DNA of 63,806 bases, filler included. It is 8 parts of 8 records of this genome, joined end to end, with 100 filler letters (N's around TTAATTAATTAA, not from the genome) between each part and the next. Parts side by side here need not be neighbours in the genome. Positions count along the whole stretch, not along the records: positions 37,727 to 42,800 come from SRR31147125_97693; positions 42,901 to 53,975 come from SRR31147125_97732; 6 more parts are not named here. One strand, given 5' to 3'. The notes under the pieces were generated by a model. It did no database searches, had not been told where the DNA came from, and saw nothing but the letters and a program-made list of their open reading frames with translations. Below, piece by piece: positions 41,572 to 54,075 of this stretch. The translations under genes and the position numbers were made by a program. The first letter of the stretch is position 1. Each line of letters starts with the position of its first letter.

Positions 41572-42800
41572 CTACACTCCCTGCTCGAACGATGCCTGCA
41601 GGACCAGTTCCTCGGTCAATTCAGCACTGGGAATTTCGGCAACGATTTGTCCACTTCTGAAAATGTAGACATAATCGCAGTTGTGCAGTTCTTCGATCTC
41701 GGTAGTGTACCAGATAAATGTCCGGCCGTTGTCCGATTCATTGCGTATCAGGTCGTACACTTCATATTTCGTGCCGATATCGACGCCCCGCATCGGATCG
41801 TCCATCAGCACGATCTCGGCATCGGAGCCGAGGGCCCGGGCGAAAAGCGCTTTCTGCTGATTCCCGCCGGACAGCGACAGAATGTTGTTGTCCATATCCG
41901 GGGTCTTTATCTTGATCCTGTTTTTCCACAATTCGGCCATCTCCCGTTCGCGATCCGGATCGATCATGAACGTCCGTATCATGTTCTTGAACGATCGGAT
42001 ACAGACATTGCTGCCGATGGACCAGAGGTGGAAAATACCGTCCGTCTGCCGGTCTCCGGCCACAAGTGCCACGGGACCCCGCACCTCGGTATGTTCCGTG
42101 CGCGAACCCTTCATGGCCGCGTCGTAGATCTGGAGCAGCATGTCCGCCTGCCCGCTGCCCGCGAGTCCGGCGAGGCCGACGATCTCCCCTTTGTGGGCGA
42201 GCAGTTCAACACCGTCCGCCTGCTCCCTACCCTTCGCCCTGACCATCAGCGCGGCCGGGTCCCGGGTCTTTGCGTCCTGTCCGGAAGACAACGAGTTTCC
42301 GGTTTCAATGGTACTCCCCATGTCGGCGACGAGATCGTCACGGGTGAAATCGGCCGCAGGCCTCGCCGCGACCACCTCGCCATCCTTCATGACCAGGATG
42401 CGATCGGAATAGCTCAGAATTTCACCAAGCAGGTGGGAGATCAGAATGCAGCTCATGCGCTCACCAACCGCCGTACGTACATAATCCAGCAGCTGCCGGG
42501 CAGTAATGGAGTCGAGGGACGAGGTCGGCTCGTCGAGGATTACGAGGTGAAGCGGGTCTTCGGTGACGGTGAAGGCCCGGGCAATTTCAACCATCTGGCG
42601 TTTTCCGATGGAGAGATCACTCACGTCATCGTCCGTGGAGATCCCATGACCGGGGAAGATCTCGTCAAGCTTTTCCCCGATGAGCGCACGGGATCGTTTC
42701 TTCCAGCCGAATCCTTTCAGGGATTTGTGCACAACCCGAACATTCTCGGCAACGGTGAGGTTGGGACACAGAGACAACTCCTGAAATACACAGCGAATCC
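41572..42800 (-). CDS. Sugar ABC transporter ATP-binding protein (RbsA-like, 5'-truncated)
   Basis: [38 protein letters not shown]. Confidence 0.92.
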
Positions 42801-43106
42801 NNNNNNNNNNNNNNNNNNNNNNNNNNNNNNNNNNNNNNNNNNNNTTAATTAATTAANNNNNNNNNNNNNNNNNNNNNNNNNNNNNNNNNNNNNNNNNNNN
42901 GTCAGCATGTTACGGAGACTTTCTAATAAACTTGATCTGATTTACTATTTTTAATTTCCAATGAAAAATGGTAAATCAATCCAAATTTTCACTATTCAAC
43001 GGCGCTTTGCAAGCCTTGTGATCAATTCCCAAACAGGGGGGCTCCCATGGTATCCGCAGATTGCCTCCATGAACTGATTTAACATACTGATGGAAGATGC
43101 ATCCAC

Positions 43107-46100
43107 ATGAATTCAAGGATTTTCGATACACTTGCCCAAATTGTAAAAAATGCCTCAGGCCTTGACATGAACCGGATTGATATCGAAACGGACTATATCA
43201 ACCTGGGATTTGACTCTCTTGTGGTTGTTCGGATCGACCAAGGGCTCCAAAAGGAGTTCGGCATCGAGATCGAAATGGGGCTCTATTACGATGGGCTCGA
43301 CTCGTTGGCAAAACTTCTGGCCTATTTAACGGAAATCCTTCCGACGGATTGGAGTGAAGTCGTAAATCAAGACGTGATAGAAAATCCTTTGAGTGAAACC
43401 ATACCGACGATGTCTAAAATGATTGATACGAATGAAACCATCGGTGACAATAAAAACTCAAATGACGAATCATTCACTTTTAAAGAAAAGAGTTTGTCAC
43501 AGGCAATGATGGAAAAAACGTCAGTTACGACAACAGGCACAGCACCGACACTTTCCGGTCTGAATGCCGTCCTGAGCTCACAGATGCAGGCCATGGCCGA
43601 TCTGATGCATCGCCAACTGGATGTACTCCAAAGTTATGGATACAATGCAGCTCCGGATTTTCAGCACATCCCGGCTTTTGAGACCTCTATCTCATCAAAG
43701 CCGGATGTCACAGTAACCGCTCATTCCATGGAAAAGAAAATCCAAGGACAACCTCCCACCCGGCAACAGGATATGGCACCGGCCGGATCTGACTTGGAAG
43801 CTTCGAAAGCAACGCCCCCAAACCCGTCTGACGCGACGTCTGCAGACAACGCCGATTTCGATAAACCGAAAATCGCGGAAATTCGTGCCATGAAGTTTGA
43901 TCCGGATCATTTGAACGACGATCAACTGGCCTTTTTAGATAAATTCATTCCCCCATATATCGAGCGGACCCAAAAATCCAAAGCCTATGCCCAAACCCAT
44001 CGCCCTGCCCTTTGTGACTGGATCAACACCCTTGGATTTCGTCGCAGCATTAAAGAAATGGTCTACCCCATTGTTTCAGAACGTTCTTCCGGCTCAAGAT
44101 TTTGGGACATCGACGGTAATGTGTATCTCGATCTTGCCATGGGTTACGGGGTCAATCTATTAGGCCACTCCCCTGATTTTGTCACAAAAGCGCTGCAGAA
44201 ACAGATCGAGATCGGCATCGATCTCGGCCCCCAGAATAAAACGGTGGGGGAAGTGGCACGGATGATCTCCCGACTGACCGGCATGGAGCGGGTGGCCTTT
44301 TGCAACACCGGCAGCGAGGCGGTCATGATGGCTCTTCGGGCGGCCCAGACGCTTACCGGTAAGGATCGCATCGCGCTTTTTACGGGCTCTTATCACGGCA
44401 ACGCCGACTTGGTAATCAAAGATACCCAACTTCTGCGTTACGGCGATGATTCGGCTTTTGACATCATCCGGGATAATGCCCATGAACTGGCTGCCGTGCT
44501 GGTGGAACCGGTACAAAGCCGTAATCCATCCCTTCAACCCAAGGAATTTCTTCATCGCCTCCGCGCCCTCACCAAGGAACTGGGCATCATTTTGATTTTC
44601 GACGAGATGATCAACGGATTTCGATGCCACCCAGGCGGTGCCCAGGCGGTTTTCGGCGTCCGGGCAGACATGGCCACCTACGGAAAAGCACCGGCAGGCG
44701 GAATGCCCATCGGCATCGTTGCCGGATCCGGTGAATGCATGCGGGTCATCGACGGCGGTCTTTGGGATTATAGCGACGACTCGACACCAGGGGATGAGGT
44801 GATCTTTTTCGGCGGCACTTTTTGCAAACACCCATTGGCCATGGCTGCGACACATGCCTCTTTGACGCATATGATCGAGCGAGGTGAAGCGCTTCAATTT
44901 GAGATCAACGAACGCACCACCCGATTTGCCAATGCAGTGAACGACTTTTTTGAAAAAGAAAAAATCGGGATTCGCGTCTCATGGTTCGCGTCCCAGTTCA
45001 TTTTCGAGCCCACCCTCCCTCTTTTCAAACGCCCCGTACCGCCGCCGGATTTGACGGTCTGGTTCCATGTGATGCTCTTCAACGGCGTCTACACCTGGGA
45101 GCGACGTATCTGCTTTTTCTCAGAAGCCCACACCGATGCCGATGTGGATCTGGCCATTGCGGTGGTCAAGAAGAGTTCTCTGGCGCTGAAGGCTGCAGGA
45201 TTCCCGCTTTTTAACCTCGCAAAGATTTCAGCTGGTGATTGCAGCAGTCCATCAAAAACAGAAATGCCCACAAAAGCAGTGGGAAAGGCGCAATCAAGGA
45301 CTGAAGCCTCTCATGCTCTTATCAAAGCCCAAGTCAATGTAGAGACCAATGATGCCAAGGGTGAAAATGCACCAGTCACCATTCCGCTGACACAAGCGCA
45401 ACAGCAGCTTTGGTTTCTCTCTCAACTGAACGAAAACGCAGTGCCGGCCTACATCGAAACCATTGCCGTCCGTCTCAACGGTGCGTTGGATAGAGATCAT
45501 CTCTCCATGGCTGTCAAAGATCTGGTCACACGCCATCCGGCTCTTAGAACAGTCATTGATGAAGAAGGCCGGCATCAGCACATCATGCCGGTCATGGAGA
45601 GTACCGTTAAATTCACGGATGCGTCAGATGCAAAAGCAGTTGCCGGGAACCGGGAAAAGTCCGAGAATTCGAATCAAGATACCATGGCTGAAAGGGTGAA
45701 TAGGGGCAAAATCGTGCCGCTGTCGGACATCGGCAAAACCGACTTCTTATCAAAAACCATGGAAGAAGAATGGCTTCTGGAAAACAGCCGTTCCACCTTA
45801 GATCTGGTCAATGGGCCGCTTTTTTCTTTCAAACTACTTCGTATCGAGGCCGAAACCCATCTTCTTGCCATGAATTTTCATCACATCGTTATGGATGGAC
45901 GCTCTGTAAACGTCCTGTTAAGAGATCTTCTGAACTTCTACGCGGCCAGGGTAAAAGGAAATCCCATTGATGTCGAAGGGATGACCGCGCCTCCGGATCT
46001 CAGAAATTACCAAACATGGCTGGAGGAGTACCTTTGTTCCGATACGGCCGATGGTGACAGATCATATTGGGAACGCCTGTTCCCCAACGCCATTCCCATG

Positions 46101-49100
46101 ATGGATTTCCCAACGGATCATGCCCGCTCTTCCCTCTTTTCATTCAAAGGAGCGCGCCACCATCTTAAGGCCGACCCCGAGCTTCTGAAATCTTGCATCG
46201 AGATCGGGAAAAAGAGAAAATTGACCCCTTTCATGACCCTCATCTCCCTCTACACGCTCTGGCTCCACAAATTGACCGGCAAGGATGAGATCGTCATCGG
46301 ATTTCCTGTTGCCGGAAGATTCTTTCCGGGCAGTCATGACCTTGTGGGCTATTGCACCCATCTTGTCCCCTTTTTGAGTCGATATGATGCCGATGCCCCG
46401 TTCGAAAGCTACCTTGACAGCGCTCGTCAAACCCTCACCCGGGCCTATGGTCACCAGCAGTATCCCTTTAGTGAGCTGATCGGAAATCTCGATATGGAGC
46501 AGGATCTGAGCCGGGGATCGGTGATCGCCTCGGAGTTCAACCTGGATCAGATGCAAAACCCCGCAACGCTTGAAGGACTTTCCCTCTCTTTGGTGGATAT
46601 TCCATTGAGTTATGCCAAATACGATCTCTGCCTGGAGATCATGGAGGTGGCGGGCCGGTATCAGTTCAAATTCGAATATGCCACCGATCTGTTCGACCAT
46701 GAAACCATCGTCCGAATGGCCGACCATTTTGCCACTCTGATGGCTGCTGTGGCAGAGCACCCCGATGCCCCCGTAGCGGAGCTCTCTCTACTCACACCCG
46801 CTGAAAAAGAGACGTTATTGCTCGATTGGAACCGAACTGAACGTCCATTCCCGCTGGATCGGCCTTTCCATCGCATCTTTGAGGATCAAGTTCGAGAAAC
46901 ACCTGACAAAATCGCCGTCACCATGACGGAACCGGACGCCCCCCACAAATCCTTCACCTATGCGGAACTCAACGGCCATGCAAATGGTCTTGCCGGGGAA
47001 ATCATGGCAAGATTGGGGAAACCGGCCATCACCCCCTTTACCGGTTTCACCCTGCAATCCAAATCTCCGCTGATCCCCATTCTGGCTGATCGAAGTCCGG
47101 AATTTGTTATGGCCATGATCGGTATTTTCAAGGCTGGCAGAGCCTATCTTCCCCTGGATCCGGACCATCCGGCGGATCGAATCCATGCCATTCTCTCCCA
47201 GACCAACTCCCCCATGATCATGGTGCAGAAAAAATATCAAGCGCTACTTGATGAGGCGCTTGGATTGCTCTCTGAAAATGAGCGTCCTCCGATCCTCTGG
47301 TTCGAGGATGCCGTCTGTGTCCGCTCCCTCACTAAGGCGGATTTTGAAAACCTCGGGGATATTCCCGGCATTGACCCGACAGAATCGTTAGCTTACGTCA
47401 TCTTCACCTCCGGATCCACGGGCGCACCTAAAGGCGCCATGGTACAACAAAAGGGCATGGTGAATCACATCTACGCCAAAATCGAGGATCTGGGCATTGC
47501 CGGAGATGACGTGGTGGCCCAGAATGCATCTCAATGTTTTGATATCTCCGTATGGCAGTTTCTGGCGGCCCTTCTGACCGGCGGCCGGATACAAATCATG
47601 GGCAATGAAACAGCCCATGACCCGGACAGGCTCATTTCCATTTCATCGGAACAAGGTGTTACCATCCTTGAAGTGGTCCCCTCGCTTCTTCGGGTGCTTC
47701 TGGAGCAGATGGATGCCAATGTAAAATTTGATCCCGTAGTCGACACTGTCGCTAAAAAAACATCCGAAGTCGAAAACGACAGCCATCAGTTGAATCGCAC
47801 GATTTTAAACAAACTACGATGGCTGGTACCCACAGGCGAAGCGTTGCCTCCAAGTCTTTGTACCCAGTGGTTTACCTATTTTCCAAACACACCGATCCTT
47901 AACGCCTACGGCCCAACTGAATGCTCCGACGATGTGGCCCATTATGCCCTTTATGAACCACCGGGACCAAATGTGTCTAACATCCCGATCGGGATGCCTG
48001 TTGCCAACATGCAGCTTTACATTCTCGACGCCCATATGAAACCGGTTCCCATTGGAGTGGCCGGAGAGCTGTGGGTGGGCGGCGTTGGTGTAGGGCTTGG
48101 ATATCTTGGCCGAAAAGATCTCACGGACAAGGCGTTTGTTCCCAATATCTTCTCTGACGACCCCACTGCCAAACTCTACAAGACCGGCGACCTGGCCCAG
48201 TACCTGCCTGACGGTAACATCCTCTTTCTGGGTCGGCAGGACCATCAGGTGAAAATTCGGGGATTTCGTATTGAACTGGAGGAAATTGAAGCTGTCCTGG
48301 CCCGACATCCCATGGTGCGAGAACAGGTAGTCACCGCAGTTGACGTTGGATCTGAATCTGAAAATTTCGGGGCTTCGGATCAAGTCGCTCTAGCTGCTTA
48401 CGTCGTGTTCTTTGAAGATTCTCCGGAGAACACGGAGATAACCGAGATAGTTGATCCTTTCCCCGAATCCGAGGCGGAACGGATCGAAATCTTGCGTGAG
48501 CATATCTCCGATAGTTTACCCGGTTACATGGTGCCCTCATATTTTGTGGCCTTACCCAGCCTACCGTTGACATCAAACGGCAAGATCGATCGCAAGGTAC
48601 TGCCCAAACCGACATCCGTTGCAGTGGAATCCGCAACGCCATTCGCCCCGCCTAAAAACGAGACGGAAACGGCGCTTTGCCAAGTGTTGACGGACGTTCT
48701 CAACCGTCCCCAAATCGGAATCCACGACAACTACTTCAGCCTGGGTGGGGACTCCATAAAGGCGATCCAGGTGGTTGCCCGGATTCAATCCCATGGCTTT
48801 ACCATGAAGCTTCGAGACATCTTTCAGTATCCCACCGTGGCGGAACTGGCCCTCCGACTGACCCGGCGTACCCGTATGATCGACCAGGGTCCGGTCACCG
48901 GAACGGTCCTGCCCACGCCGTTGCAAAAATGGTTGCTCCATCAGGACAACGCAGTGATTCACCACTACAATCAGGGCATCACCCTCACCTTTGATGAAAC
49001 AGTGAACGTGACTGCAGTGGAGAGAGCCATCGATGCGTTGATGATTCACCACGATGCATTGCGTATCACCGTGAAAGAAGATCTTCTGAATATCGAAGGC

Positions 49101-52035
49101 ACGGACTTGAAGCCGGAGCTCACGGTAATCCCATTTGATCCGGACCTCGACATCGAGACAGAGATGTCCTATGCCAATAAAAAACTGAATGGCTCGATAA
49201 ATCTGTCAAACGGCCCCTTGTTCAGATGTGCCCTCATTCGGGGTAACGCGTCGGATCAATTGATAATGGTGGCGCATCATCTGGCAGTGGATGCGATATC
49301 CTGGCCCATCCTAGTTGCCGATTTCATGACCGCCTATGGTGCCGTAAACAGGGGGGAAACGATCCGGCTTCCCGAAAAAACCGACGCATTCAAATTTTGG
49401 TCTGATGCGTTGTGGCATCTTGCTTCCCCAAAGAACTCCCCACACACGCAAAAAAACTCCCCCACACTCCCCCCATTGATCAAAGAGACCATTGAGAACC
49501 CGCTTGAGCAAGGGGCATCGTCCTTTCTCACACTTGAGAATGAAGAAACCCGATGGACAGATACGCTGGCATCAGACAGAGAATATTGGGAATCTCTGGC
49601 ATCAACCGTGGATCCCCATCAACGCTTCTCCAAAGACGTCATTTCCAGCGACGCCCTCCAGGAAGATACCGACCTCTTCGAAGTGATTTTACCGGTACCG
49701 GACACGACCATGCTTGTCGGAAAAGCCCATCAAGCCTACCATACCGACATGAACGATCTTCTACTGACGGCACTGGGCATGGGACTTCGACATTGGACCG
49801 GTCTCAACGGAATACCGGTGGATATGGAAGGTCATGGAAGGGATGCACTGGATGGACTTTTTGATGAAAATGTAGACATCTCAAGAACCGTCGGGTGGTT
49901 TACAGCTTCTTATCCAATTATTCTGAAACTGCCGGAAACAACCAATGACATGGACTTAGGCACCCCGATCAAATGGGTAAAGGAGTCCCTGCGTCAAGTA
50001 CCAAACAGCGGCATCACATACGGGCTGGTGCACTCCGATTTATCTAATGAGGCGAAAGAAAATTTGAGATCACAAGTGAGCTTCAACTATCTGGGGGCTG
50101 TGGATGATGCCTCGGGATCAGACCTTTCACCCCTGCCCCCTGACGTCATGACAATACGCAGCATTGATGGGGGGGCGACGCCAAAGATCAATACCCCTCC
50201 GCCCGGATTCAAAGTTGAGGCTGCATCCCACATGGATTTAATCCATCCCAAAATGAAACGCCCCTATCTTTTGGAGGTGGAGGCAGAGATTCGAAAAGAA
50301 AAACTCCATGTTCAACTCTACTACAGTAAAACCCAATACGACGAAGATAGTATCCGTCAGTTGGGCGGTGCTTTTAAAGATGCCCTGATCCGCATTACAG
50401 ACCACTGCATGGGACACAAAACGCCTGAGATGACCCCGTCGGATCTGACCTGGCCCCATCTGACGCTCTCTGAATTTGAGACACTGCTGGATGATCTCCA
50501 TCTGGATGCCACCCAGGTTCAGGATCTCTATCCTTTAACCCCCATGCAGGAAAATATGCTTTTTCACAGGCTTTCGGACAGTCACTCAACCGCCTACTTT
50601 GAGCAGTTCAGTTTTCTTTTAACCGGCAGTGTCGATCTGGCCCTTTTGCAAAGGTCGTGGCACATGGTTTGTGAACGTCATGACATTCTTCGGACCAATT
50701 TTATCTATAAAAGCGTGCCAACCCCTCTACAGTTGGTTCATAGAACCGGTCGGATGGAGTGGCATTATCAGGATCTGACGGCAAACCGAAATGAAAACAG
50801 CAATGCTCAAGAGCAGGGGCAAGATCATAAAGCGCAAAGTCAAAAAGTCGCCCAAGCAAGTGTAACTCCATCGACTCCCATGGCGCGTTTCCATCAATTG
50901 AAGCTGGAGACCCGAAACAGAGGATTCGACCTTACCCATGATACCCCCATGCGGATGCACATCTATAAGCTGGAGAGCGGGGATGTCGACACATATGGCG
51001 CGGTCTGGAGTTATCACCATATTCTCATGGATGGCTGGTGTTTGGGCCTTTTAATCCAAGATGTGCAGTCTGTTTATCTTGCTTTGAAAGAGGGGAAAAC
51101 ACCAAAGCTCTCACCAGCCCCTCAATACAGAGAATATATCCAATGGCTGGAAAAAGCGAATCACGATGATTCAATGAATTACTGGAACGACTATCTTGAC
51201 GGCTTTTCCTCCGTCACCTCACTACCGAGGGATGTGGTCAATGACCTCCCGTTTGATCTCCGGGCTTCGACGAATGAAATGGAGGATCCCCCCTCCCCCA
51301 GATCTGCAGCATATCCATCGTTTTGAACTCGATGACACGCTCTCGGATCATTTAAAGCGTCTTGCAGAGGAACACCGCATCACATTCAACACGCTGATTC
51401 AATGTATCTGGGGAGTTCTATTGGCAGAGAGAAACGGTGTCTCTGATGTGGCATTCGGTGCGGCAGTGTCCGGACGCCCGGCCGAGATGCACAATGTAGA
51501 ACGTATTGTGGGGCTTTTTCTCAACACGGTTCCGGTTCGAATGCAACTCTCCGATGCCGACTCTTTTATAGATCTCATTGAAACGGTTCAGACGAACAAT
51601 CTATCAGGCGAGCCCCACCATTACATCTCCCTTGCCGCCATGCAGACCGCATGCGGTACGGAAGGTGCGTTGGTGGATCATGTACTGATTTTCCAGAATT
51701 ATCCGTTAAGTGATGAACTTGAAACTTTACAAAAACAGTATCCCACGGGATATTCCTTCCATGATCTTGACGCTGTCGAGCAGACCAGTTTTGATCTTTC
51801 GGTTGAAATTTACCCCAATCCCGTGCTTCACTTCGATCTTCGGTATAATCCGGGAGCTTATTCATTGAATGCGATGGAACGCCTTCAAAAGGATTTGACC
51901 ACTCTGCTTGCCAACGTGTCTGACACAAATGAGATCACTATCGGTGATCTGAGACGTCTTCTGAGATCCGAAGAAGAACTTGATGCTGAAGCAGACTTTT
52001 TGGCATCGGCCATGAGCATTGACGATGATTTTTGA
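43107..52035 (+). CDS. NRPS with domains ACP-aminotransferase(class III)-C-A-PCP-E-C; frameshift at C-run 51288-51293
   Basis: LGFDSL (ACP); FDEMING, TYGK (AMT); HHIVMDG (C); FTSGSTGAPKG, YKTGDL, NGKIDR (A); LGGDSI (PCP); HHLAVD, EGHGR, RTVGWFT, FNYLG (E); LTPMQE, HHILMDG (C). Removing one C joins ORF 51196-52035. Confidence 0.93.
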
Positions 52036-52095
52036 TGATATTTATTTGATTGACCCTGGCAGCACTCTTTCAAAGGCAAAGGTTTACATTTAATA

Positions 52096-53952
52096 ATGTG
52101 CGGTATCAACGGTATTTACCATTTTGAGCAGGACCGACCGGTAGATCCGGAACAAATCAAGGCCATGTGCAACGTTTTGATTCACCGGGGGCCGGACGAT
52201 GAGGGCACCTACATCAATAATGAGGTGGGATTAGGTTTTCGGCGTCTCTCCATCATCGATCTTGAAACGGGCCGACAGCCCCTTTTCAATGAAGATCACA
52301 CCATCGCCTGTGTCTGTAACGGAGAGATATTCAACTACAAAGCCTTGAGGGCGGAACTTGAAGCAAAAGGCCATCGATTTCAAACGGATACCGATGTGGA
52401 AGTGATCCCCCATTTATATGAAGAGGTGGGGCCGGAGCTGGTGCATCAGCTGGTGGGGCAGTTTGCCATTGCCATTTTCGATCACAACAAAAAACGCCTT
52501 TTCCTGGCCAGGGATCAGGTGGGCATCGCACCGCTTTTTTACACAATCATCGATAAATCCATCATCTTTGCTTCGGAGATAAAAGCGATTCTCACCTATC
52601 CGGGGATCCCTCGTGCTGTCGACATGACCACCCTGGATCAGATCTTCACATTTCCCGGACCTGTCAGCCCGCGCACCATGTTCCAGGGCATTCGCTCACT
52701 TCCACCGGGGCATTTGGCCATTGTGGAGACCGGTCAGGTCTCGGTAAAGGAATATTGGGATCTTACATATCCCATGGAGGGTGACATCGATTCCGGCAAA
52801 ACAGAGTCGGAGTGCATGACGCTCATCGAAGCGCATCTACAAACGGCAGTGGAGCGTCGGCTTCAGGCCGACGTGCCCGTTGGATTTTATCTCAGCGGCG
52901 GACTTGACTCTTCGCTGATTGCCGCATTCATCTCTCGCATTAAGAATGAACAGCGCCACTCATTCTCCATCGGATTTACCGACGAGGGCATTGACGAGCG
53001 TCGCTATCAACAGATCATGGCAAAGCAGGTGGCATCCCTCCATCACGAAACGCTTTTTGATTGGCCGAATATTGCAGAGGGGTTAAAACAGGCAGTCTAT
53101 CATGCGGAAACCCCACTCAAGGAGTCCTACAATACCTGCTCCATCGCCCTCTCAAAACTGGTACGGCAACATCAGATCAAGGTGATACTCACCGGGGAAG
53201 GTGCGGATGAACTGTTTGCCGGATATGTGGGATATCGTTTCGATATGGAACGCCGAAACGAAGAGATGGGATTTTTTGACGCCGAAGAGATGCTCGAGCG
53301 GGAGATCAAAGAGCGGGTGTGGGGCGATCCCAACTTTTTATACGAACGAGATTTTTACCAGTTCAACGAGATCAAACAGGCCATCTACTCGGACAGCACC
53401 AACGACGTCTTCCATGAATTCGACTGCACCCGCCATCCGGTTGTCGATATCTCAAAAATTGATGGAAGACATCCCGTCCACAAACGATCCTACATCGACT
53501 TTAAACTTCGCATTGCCGATCATCTTCTGGCGGATCACGGTGATCGATGTGTGTTTGCCAATTCGGTTGAGGGACGCTATCCGTTTTTGGATACCGATCT
53601 CATCGATGCGGTAAAGACGATTCCTCCGGCGCTTCTGGTGCATCAGGGGATGGAAAAACATATTCTGAAACAGATGGGCACACGACATCTGCCGGAAGCC
53701 GTCACCAACCGCACCAAATTTGCTTTTGTGGCACCGGGAAGCCCCTATTTGCTCAGAAGTGACGTTGAGTGGATCGAAGATACCCTCTCCCATGAGACGA
53801 TTCAACGTCAGGGATATTTCAACCCGGATACCATTGAAAAATTAAAACGAATGTATCGGGCCGATGACTTTACCTTGAGCCAGACATTTGAGAACGATCT
53901 TTTGATGATCGTTTTGACGTTCGGGATTTTTCTGGAGCAATTCGATATATAA
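52096..53952 (+). CDS. asnB: Asparagine synthase (glutamine-hydrolysing)-like amidotransferase
   Basis: MCGI N-terminal nucleophile, HRGPD, CNGEIFN, LSGGLDSS, GEGADELFAGY. Confidence 0.93.
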   Translation: MCGINGIYHFEQDRPVDPEQIKAMCNVLIHRGPDDEGTYINNEVGLGFRRLSIIDLETGRQPLFNEDHTIACVCNGEIFNYKALRAELEAKGHRFQTDTDVEVIPHLYEEVGPELVHQLVGQFAIAIFDHNKKRLFLARDQVGIAPLFYTIIDKSIIFASEIKAILTYPGIPRAVDMTTLDQIFTFPGPVSPRTMFQGIRSLPPGHLAIVETGQVSVKEYWDLTYPMEGDIDSGKTESECMTLIEAHLQTAVERRLQADVPVGFYLSGGLDSSLIAAFISRIKNEQRHSFSIGFTDEGIDERRYQQIMAKQVASLHHETLFDWPNIAEGLKQAVYHAETPLKESYNTCSIALSKLVRQHQIKVILTGEGADELFAGYVGYRFDMERRNEEMGFFDAEEMLEREIKERVWGDPNFLYERDFYQFNEIKQAIYSDSTNDVFHEFDCTRHPVVDISKIDGRHPVHKRSYIDFKLRIADHLLADHGDRCVFANSVEGRYPFLDTDLIDAVKTIPPALLVHQGMEKHILKQMGTRHLPEAVTNRTKFAFVAPGSPYLLRSDVEWIEDTLSHETIQRQGYFNPDTIEKLKRMYRADDFTLSQTFENDLLMIVLTFGIFLEQFDI

Positions 53953-54075
53953 AACGGCCATGTCAGGCCACCTGANNNNNNNNNNNNNNNNNNNNNNNNN
54001 NNNNNNNNNNNNNNNNNNNTTAATTAATTAANNNNNNNNNNNNNNNNNNNNNNNNNNNNNNNNNNNNNNNNNNNN

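Noticed and set aside
8164-54075. Recurring TTAATTAATTAA flanked by Ns as a biological repeat
   Set aside because: Identical 100-nt-scale spacer at every change of composition and gene content; it is an assembly linker.
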